Positions 27,030 to 33,372 of a DNA stretch of 33,372 bases are shown in pieces. A program made the translations under genes and the position numbers. The notes beneath the pieces were generated by a model that searched no databases, was not told the DNA's origin, and saw only the letters and a program-made list of their open reading frames with translations. The stretch spans positions 1 to 33,372 of the forward strand of contig RGVD01000003.1 of assembly GCA_010027395.1 (NCBI GenBank), in the 5' to 3' direction. This stretch comes from Bacteroidota bacterium (GTDB lineage Bacteria; Bacteroidota; Bacteroidia; UKL13-3). Position 1 is the stretch's first letter. The number at the start of each line of letters is the position of its first letter.

Positions 27030-28679
27030 CTACCCCTTATTAAACTCATATTGATAGATGCCATCTTGGGTTTTTACTTTGAGTAAATAGAATCCTTTTT
27101 TTAGTTTTTTGTATTGTTTTATACCCACTCTAATCGGACCACTTTGTTTGCTTTTAATATTGTCACTCCAAATTTTATTTTCAATGGGTGCATGTATTGA
27201 AAGCTCATATTTTTGGGCTTGTTTCAAGAACAATGAAATATGCATTTTATTATTATCCAAAACTCGCACATCAAGCAGTGTGTCTTTATCGTATGTCTTG
27301 GCTAATTTGAGAGCTAGGTCAAAATCAGGTATACCAGCACCCAAGTATTTATCAGGCTCGTAATATTGGTTGGCGCTTAATTGTATAATTTGTTTTAGTT
27401 GAGCTGGGGACATTTGCGGGTAGGCTTGCAGCAGACAAGCTGTGGCACCTGTTAAAATAGGGCATGAATAAGAGGTTCCATTTCCTCTATAAATATTACC
27501 TGATTTTGAAACTACATACACATCTTCACCCATGCAAGCCAAATCAGGTTTTATACGTTTATCTGCTGTTAATCCAACAGAGCTAAAACCAACATAATCG
27601 CCTGTTTCATCCGTTGCACCCACTGCAATAACGTTTTCAGCATCGGCAGGTGTAGCAATGTTTTGCCATAGGTTGTTACCCTCGTTGCCTGCGCTGTTCA
27701 ATACAATGATGCCTTTCTCAACAGCCATGTTAGCGGCTATGCTCACTACAGTGGTTTTGCCATTCAGTTCCTTGTATTTATGTCCGTAAACACTTTCATC
27801 AAATTTGGTGTATCCTAATGATGAATTGATGATATCTGCTCCTGCGCTATCAGCATATTCGGCAGCTGCGGTCCAATTGTATTCTTCAATAGGATACTCA
27901 CTTGTGGCATCTTCGCTGCGCAGTAATAGATATTCGGCATTGGGTGCGGTGCCTACTAATACATTCTTTTCATTGGCAGCCATGCAACTCAACACAGCCA
28001 AACCATGTTGGTCGTTGTCGTATACATCCTCGTTTCTTTCTACAAAATCCCAAGTGCTAATAATGCGGTGGTCGGTAAATAATTTTTTGAGTGTAGGTTG
28101 ATTATCTGCTTGTGCAAAACCTGCATCCAGAACGGCTATGAGTATATGGTCACCCATAAAACCTTTTTGATGCAAAGCTTCAGTATTTATCAAATGTGTT
28201 TGTTTGTATGATTTGCCATAAAAATTGGTGTCGCGAGCTTCTTTACTAAATTTTGATTCTAGCATATTCACCCTATCGCTCAAAGCAAAATCGTTTTTTT
28301 CGCTGTCATCATCTTCTGCAATATTCACCCTGCCAATTTCTTTTACAGCACTTACAAAAGGGAGAGAAATTATATTTTTGATGCTGTCCTTTTTTGCAAT
28401 GATGCTGATGCCATTCAACCATTTAGAAACGCCCTGCCAAGTGCATCCGGTTTCAATCACTTGTTTGATATAATTATTGTTAACAGGAATATCAGAAAGC
28501 GTAGTCTTTATTCCATATTTGTTTCTTCTAGCAAAGCTCTTTGCAGATAGGTATTTATCGGGCTGTGATAGTTTATAAATGCTCGTATCTTTATCTTTAA
28601 ATTGAACGAAGTAGTACCTTTCTTGTGCCGAAATTGAAAGGGAAATAAGACAAAATATACTTAATAGGTAGGTTCTCAT
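27030..28679 (-). CDS. S8 subtilisin-family serine protease, secreted, with degenerate T9SS-like C-terminal domain
   Basis: Triad motifs IAVLDAG, HGLAVLS, GTSYSCP and oxyanion SAGNEG. Signal peptide from MRTYLL (ATG 28679). C-terminal LKKGFYLLKV. Confidence 0.9.
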   Translation of the reverse strand: MRTYLLSIFCLISLSISAQERYYFVQFKDKDTSIYKLSQPDKYLSAKSFARRNKYGIKTTLSDIPVNNNYIKQVIETGCTWQGVSKWLNGISIIAKKDSIKNIISLPFVSAVKEIGRVNIAEDDDSEKNDFALSDRVNMLESKFSKEARDTNFYGKSYKQTHLINTEALHQKGFMGDHILIAVLDAGFAQADNQPTLKKLFTDHRIISTWDFVERNEDVYDNDQHGLAVLSCMAANEKNVLVGTAPNAEYLLLRSEDATSEYPIEEYNWTAAAEYADSAGADIINSSLGYTKFDESVYGHKYKELNGKTTVVSIAANMAVEKGIIVLNSAGNEGNNLWQNIATPADAENVIAVGATDETGDYVGFSSVGLTADKRIKPDLACMGEDVYVVSKSGNIYRGNGTSYSCPILTGATACLLQAYPQMSPAQLKQIIQLSANQYYEPDKYLGAGIPDFDLALKLAKTYDKDTLLDVRVLDNNKMHISLFLKQAQKYELSIHAPIENKIWSDNIKSKQSGPIRVGIKQYKKLKKGFYLLKVKTQDGIYQYEFNKG

Positions 28680-28832
28680 TGCACGCAAAATAATGGAAAA
28701 TTTAGAGCCTGTATATACCACTCAAGTATTTTGATATTGAAACAAGTTTCAATGCAAGGTCAAAAAGCCTTTCACGTTAAATAATATCATATTAATTAAA
28801 CCAATTCTTACATTAGCAGTCTTAAGAGCTCA

Positions 28833-30152
28833 ATGAACTTTATTATGAGAAAAATAATACTCCTTTTGATGGTTTTTGTAAATATGAATGTTAGGGCACA
28901 AAGCCTTTATTTTCCGCCTTTAAACGGCAATACTTGGGATACCCTTTCACCTTCTAGATTGCAATGGTGTCAACACAGAATTGATTCTTTGTTTAATTAT
29001 CTGGAGTCTAGAAATACCCAAGCATTTATCATATTAAAGGATGGTAAGATAGTTTTGGAAAAATATTTTGGTACTTTTACTGTAGATTCAATTCATTATT
29101 GGGCTTCTGCAGGAAAGAGTTTAACAGCTACCTTAACAGGTATCGCACAACAAAAGAAACTCATAAATATAAATGATAGTGTTTCAAAATACCTTGGTCA
29201 AGGCTGGACTTCCGCTCCAACTGAAAAGGAGGGAATGATAAAATTAAGACATCTAATTACTATGACGAGTGGTTTGGATGAATCGCCCAAATTGCCATGT
29301 GATAATGAAGATACAGCGAGGTCATGTTTAACCTATAAAGTAGATGCAGGCACGAGATGGGCTTATCACACGGGTCCTTACCGGAAAATGCAGGCTGTTT
29401 TGAGTAAGGTTGGTGGACAATCATTTACATTATTTACAAACTCAGTTTTGGGAAGTCGCATAGGCATGACAGGTTTATGGTATGATGGGGTATTTTATAG
29501 CAAAGCTAGGTCCATGGCTCGATTTGGATTATTTGTTGTGAACAAAGGTATTTGGGCCAATGATACCATTTTAAGTGATACCAATTACTTGCATGACATG
29601 AGTAATACCTCACAGAACTTTAATTTGTCTTACGGTTATTTGTGGTGGCTCAATGGGAAGGCCAGTTTTATGGCACCATCTTCTCAGATTGTTTTCAATG
29701 CACCTTTATTCAGCAATGCCCCTGCGGATATGTTTGCTGCTTTGGGTAAAAATGACCAGAAAATTTACGTAGTGCCAAGTCAGAAAATGTTAGTGGTGCG
29801 AGTGGGAGCCTCAGCTTATGATATGGCGGCTGCTTTTTCCCCTTTCGACAACGAATTATGGGCCTATATCAATCAGCTAAAATGCGATGCAAGTTCAGGT
29901 GTGTTTGATCAAATTCCTCAAGATGATTTTACAATGTATCCAAATCCTGCAAATCAGATACTTCATGTCTTTACCTCTGCATTGCCTTCAAACATTATTT
30001 TACGAAATATGTTAGGGGAAACATTACTTCAAACAAAACCAGAATCGACTTCAAGTCAATTGGATATTAGCAGCTTAGCCCAAGGTATTTATTTAGTTGA
30101 AATCACTTCTGAAAAGTCTAAGTTTTGCCAAAAACTTATCATTAACAGGTAA
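28833..30152 (+). CDS. Beta-lactamase-family serine hydrolase with T9SS type-A CTD
   Basis: SAGK (SxxK), LITMTSGL, YGYLWW, AALG motifs. CTD MYPNPA, LDISSLAQGIYLV, KLIINR. Start may be 28845. Confidence 0.88.
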   Translation: MNFIMRKIILLLMVFVNMNVRAQSLYFPPLNGNTWDTLSPSRLQWCQHRIDSLFNYLESRNTQAFIILKDGKIVLEKYFGTFTVDSIHYWASAGKSLTATLTGIAQQKKLININDSVSKYLGQGWTSAPTEKEGMIKLRHLITMTSGLDESPKLPCDNEDTARSCLTYKVDAGTRWAYHTGPYRKMQAVLSKVGGQSFTLFTNSVLGSRIGMTGLWYDGVFYSKARSMARFGLFVVNKGIWANDTILSDTNYLHDMSNTSQNFNLSYGYLWWLNGKASFMAPSSQIVFNAPLFSNAPADMFAALGKNDQKIYVVPSQKMLVVRVGASAYDMAAAFSPFDNELWAYINQLKCDASSGVFDQIPQDDFTMYPNPANQILHVFTSALPSNIILRNMLGETLLQTKPESTSSQLDISSLAQGIYLVEITSEKSKFCQKLIINR

Positions 30153-30266
30153 ACAGGAACTAGCCGATTGCCTGAATAAATGTATCATCCACAATTTAGT
30201 TGATAAGTTTGAAGCCCTCAAAAAACAAAAATGCTGTAATTTGCCATTCGTTTTTAAGCAAAAAGT

Positions 30267-32144
30267 ATGGCAGAAGAGGTAGTAATATATAACGAAGACA
30301 GTATTCGCTCGCTCGATTGGCGCGAGCATATCAGGTTACGTCCGGGAATGTATATTGGTAAACTAGGAGATGGTTTATCAATGGATGATGGCATTTATGT
30401 GCTTGCCAAAGAGATCATGGATAATTCGATTGACGAATTTGTGATGGGGAATGGTAAGACCATTGAAGTGAAGATAGTTGATAATAAAGTAACTGTGAGG
30501 GATTTTGGCCGAGGTATTCCTTTGGGCAAAGTGATTGAGTGCGTTTCGCAGATAAACACTGGGGGTAAGTACGATTCGAAGGCCTTTAAAAAGTCAGTAG
30601 GATTGAATGGAGTGGGAACCAAGGCCGTAAATGCCTTGTCGAGCAGTTTTAAGGTGCAATCTTTCCGCGATGGCAAAACAATGTTGGCCGAATTTGAATT
30701 CGGAGAATTGAAGAAAGCCCACAAAATAACTGATACCATGGAGCCTAATGGTACCTTGGTTACCTATTTTGCCGATGATTCGATATTTAGAAATTACCGT
30801 TATGTAAACGAGTTTATCCAAAATCAAATTTGGAACTATGCTTACCTAAATGCAGGTTTAACCATCATTTTCAATAACGAGAAGTATTTTTCAAAAGGTG
30901 GTTTACTTGATTTATTAAAACGCAAAACCAATGAAGAAGAGCTTCGTTATCCCATCATTCACCTGAAGGGAGATGATATCGAAGTAGCTATCACCCACGA
31001 AAATCAATATGGTGAGGAGTATTACAGCTTTGTAAACGGACAGCATACCACTCAAGGAGGAACACACTTAAATGCTTTTAAAGAAGCATTTGCCAAAACT
31101 GTTCGTGAGTTTTATAAAAAGGATTTCGATTTGGCCGATATCCGCGCCTCCATTGTGGCTGCGGTGAGTGTGCGTATTCAAGAACCCGTTTTTGAATCGC
31201 AAACCAAAACCAAATTAGGTTCGCAAACCATATCTCCTGAAGGCAATGTTACTTTGAAACAATTTGTAACCGATTTCTTGAAAAAGGAATTGGATAATTT
31301 CTTACACAAACACCAAGAAGTTGCAGATGCTTTACAAAAACGAATCTTGCAAAGTGAGCGTGAGCGTAAGGATATGGCGGGTATTAAGAAATTGGCCAAT
31401 GAGCGCGCTAAAAAAGCCAACCTGCATAACAAAAAGTTAAGAGATTGCCGCTTCCATTTGGATGATGAAAAGAACGAACGTAGGTATGATTCGACTTTGT
31501 TTATCACCGAGGGAGATTCAGCAAGTGGATCAATTACTAAAAGCCGAAATGTAGAAACACAAGCGGTATTTAGTTTGAGAGGAAAGCCATTAAATTGTTA
31601 TGGTTTGACAAAGAAAGTAGTGTACGAAAACGAGGAGTTCAACTTGTTGCAACATGCTTTAAACATTGAAGAAGGTATTGAGAATTTACGTTACAACCAG
31701 ATTGTAATTGCTACCGATGCGGATGTGGATGGTATGCATATTCGTTTGTTGATGCTTACCTTCTTCTTGCAGTTCTTCCCTGATTTGGTTAAAAACGGAC
31801 ATTTATACATTCTTGAAACGCCTTTGTTTAGGGTGCGTAATAAGCAAAAAACCATATATTGCTATAGCGAAGACGAGAAACAAAAAGCCATACAACAAAT
31901 TAGCGGTCGACCAGAGATTACCCGATTTAAAGGATTGGGAGAAATTTCACCAGATGAGTTTGGAATGTTTATAGGTAAAGACATTCGTTTGCAACCTGTA
32001 TTGTTAACCCAAGATATCACCATTCAAAAACTGCTTGAGTATTATATGGGTAAAAACACAATGGACCGTCAGGCCTTTATCATCAACAACCTTCGCATCG
32101 AAAAAGATGTGTTGATTGAAGATGAAATTGAAGAAGTTGTTTAG
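30267..32144 (+). CDS. parE: DNA topoisomerase IV subunit B
   Basis: [65 protein letters not shown]. Bacteroidota ParE-type wording of the motifs rather than GyrB. Confidence 0.92.
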   Translation: MAEEVVIYNEDSIRSLDWREHIRLRPGMYIGKLGDGLSMDDGIYVLAKEIMDNSIDEFVMGNGKTIEVKIVDNKVTVRDFGRGIPLGKVIECVSQINTGGKYDSKAFKKSVGLNGVGTKAVNALSSSFKVQSFRDGKTMLAEFEFGELKKAHKITDTMEPNGTLVTYFADDSIFRNYRYVNEFIQNQIWNYAYLNAGLTIIFNNEKYFSKGGLLDLLKRKTNEEELRYPIIHLKGDDIEVAITHENQYGEEYYSFVNGQHTTQGGTHLNAFKEAFAKTVREFYKKDFDLADIRASIVAAVSVRIQEPVFESQTKTKLGSQTISPEGNVTLKQFVTDFLKKELDNFLHKHQEVADALQKRILQSERERKDMAGIKKLANERAKKANLHNKKLRDCRFHLDDEKNERRYDSTLFITEGDSASGSITKSRNVETQAVFSLRGKPLNCYGLTKKVVYENEEFNLLQHALNIEEGIENLRYNQIVIATDADVDGMHIRLLMLTFFLQFFPDLVKNGHLYILETPLFRVRNKQKTIYCYSEDEKQKAIQQISGRPEITRFKGLGEISPDEFGMFIGKDIRLQPVLLTQDITIQKLLEYYMGKNTMDRQAFIINNLRIEKDVLIEDEIEEVV

Positions 32145-32254
32145 TATAGTGCTCCAAGCAGCTAGTTCATTGATTGTAATTAAAGCATATTGTCGAAAGG
32201 ATTAGCCATGATGTATAAACTTTCGAAAATATTCGTTTCATTGCAAACGAATTT

Positions 32255-33292
32255 ATGACACGAGAACGAGCGGTATTAAAGTATATCTATTTGGGGGTGG
32301 CCTTGTTGCTGTTTTTTGCGGCTTGGCGATTCTATGATGATGTGTTTGCTGCCAATGTGAGCCTAAAGAAAGGCCAAACGGATTATATCTATGTGTACAC
32401 AGGCGAATCCTATGATATGTTTATCAATCGCATTGAAGGCTCGCAATTGGTGCAGAATGCGGATGGTTTCAGGCGCTTGTCGAGATTGCTTAATTTAGAC
32501 GATAGACTAAAAGTGGGTCGTTATAAAATCGAAGGGGGGATGAGTAATTTTGATATGATAAAATTGCTCAAGTCGGGGAGGCAAAGCACGGTTAATGTTA
32601 CTTTAAAATACGCAAATAATTTGGGTGAAATAGCCAAGACCTTCTCAAAATATTTCGAGTCGGATTCGGCCCATTTTATGGAAGTATTTATGGATACTGC
32701 CACTCAGGTTAAATACGAACTCAACCATCAAACTTTCATCAGTTTATTTGTACCCAATACCTACAATTTTTATTGGAATACCAAGCCTGAAAAAGTGCTT
32801 GAAAAACTCAAAGCTGAAAGCTTGAAATTTTGGGATAAAGACCGTAGTACTTTAGCCATCACCAAAGGTTTGACGCCTTTAGAGGTTTGTATCTTAGCAT
32901 CCATTGTACAAAAGGAATCAAACAAAGTAGATGAAATGCATACTATTGCTAGTGTGTATCTCAATCGTATTAAGATGGGAATGCCATTGCAGGCTGATCC
33001 AACTGTTATTTTTGCTTGGAACGACTATAGCATTAAAAGGGTAACAGGATTTCATACGGCTATTAATTCGCCATATAACACTTACATCAGCAAAGGACTT
33101 CCTCCTGGTCCTATTTGCATGGCTAGTGCCACTGCCATAGATGCAGTGCTTCGTGCAGCCAATACTAAATATTTGTATTTCTGTGCCAAGGAAGATTTTA
33201 GCGGTTACCATGCTTTTGCTGAAACTTTAAACCAACACAATAACAACGCTGCTCGATACCAAAGAGCCTTGAATAAATTAGGCGTTAAGTAA
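32255..33292 (+). CDS. mltG: Endolytic transglycosylase MltG
   Basis: N-terminal TM, LASIVQKES (catalytic Glu), MPLQADPT, SPYNTY-GLPPGPI, YLYF-H-FA. Confidence 0.95.
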   Translation: MTRERAVLKYIYLGVALLLFFAAWRFYDDVFAANVSLKKGQTDYIYVYTGESYDMFINRIEGSQLVQNADGFRRLSRLLNLDDRLKVGRYKIEGGMSNFDMIKLLKSGRQSTVNVTLKYANNLGEIAKTFSKYFESDSAHFMEVFMDTATQVKYELNHQTFISLFVPNTYNFYWNTKPEKVLEKLKAESLKFWDKDRSTLAITKGLTPLEVCILASIVQKESNKVDEMHTIASVYLNRIKMGMPLQADPTVIFAWNDYSIKRVTGFHTAINSPYNTYISKGLPPGPICMASATAIDAVLRAANTKYLYFCAKEDFSGYHAFAETLNQHNNNAARYQRALNKLGVK

Positions 33293-33354
33293 TTTATATT
33301 TTCTTTTTTTTACCGCATATTGGGTTTATTCTTGCGGTGAATAATTGGATTAAT

Positions 33355-33372
33355 ATCCGCAAATTTGCGGAT
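33355..33372. repeat. Perfect 18-bp palindrome ATCCGCAAATTTGCGGAT at the end of the window
   Basis: The sequence equals its own reverse complement and ends on the last base. Confidence 0.85.

Noticed and set aside
28833-30152. True beta-lactamase resistance gene
   Set aside because: SxxK serine-hydrolase fold with a T9SS CTD but no clear class A/C/D signature set. More likely a secreted esterase or peptidase.

Overview
AT-rich chromosomal window from a Bacteroidota bacterium, judged from TAnnTTTG promoter motifs, A-rich leaders without Shine-Dalgarno sites and a type IX secretion/gliding locus. In order it holds: a 5'-truncated Omp85/BamA-TamA family gene; DUF4271, hemD-like, porP/sprF and gldKLMN; an OlsF-like bifunctional amino-lipid acyltransferase; a membrane-anchored coiled-coil protein; a co-directional run rfbC, tryptophan 2,3-dioxygenase, two small exported proteins, MBOAT, DltD/SGNH-like protein, SDR; a T9SS-cargo Asp-box beta-propeller gene split by one in-frame TAA; an orphan anti-sigma-like peptide; a DUF4920-like lipoprotein; an MBL hydrolase, TonB-dependent receptor, DUF4249-like lipoprotein unit; a degenerate ~84-bp tandem repeat; ftsK; an S8 protease; a T9SS-cargo serine hydrolase; parE; and mltG. 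I saw no rRNA, tRNA, CRISPR array, transposase or integrase. The window is mostly core genome and I cannot demonstrate a clear new system. The best leads are the interrupted T9SS cargo gene, the MBOAT/DltD-like acylation cluster, the REP-like repeat before ftsK, the genes flanking gldKLMN, and several intergenic palindromes. All family assignments come from motif recognition by eye, not database searches.
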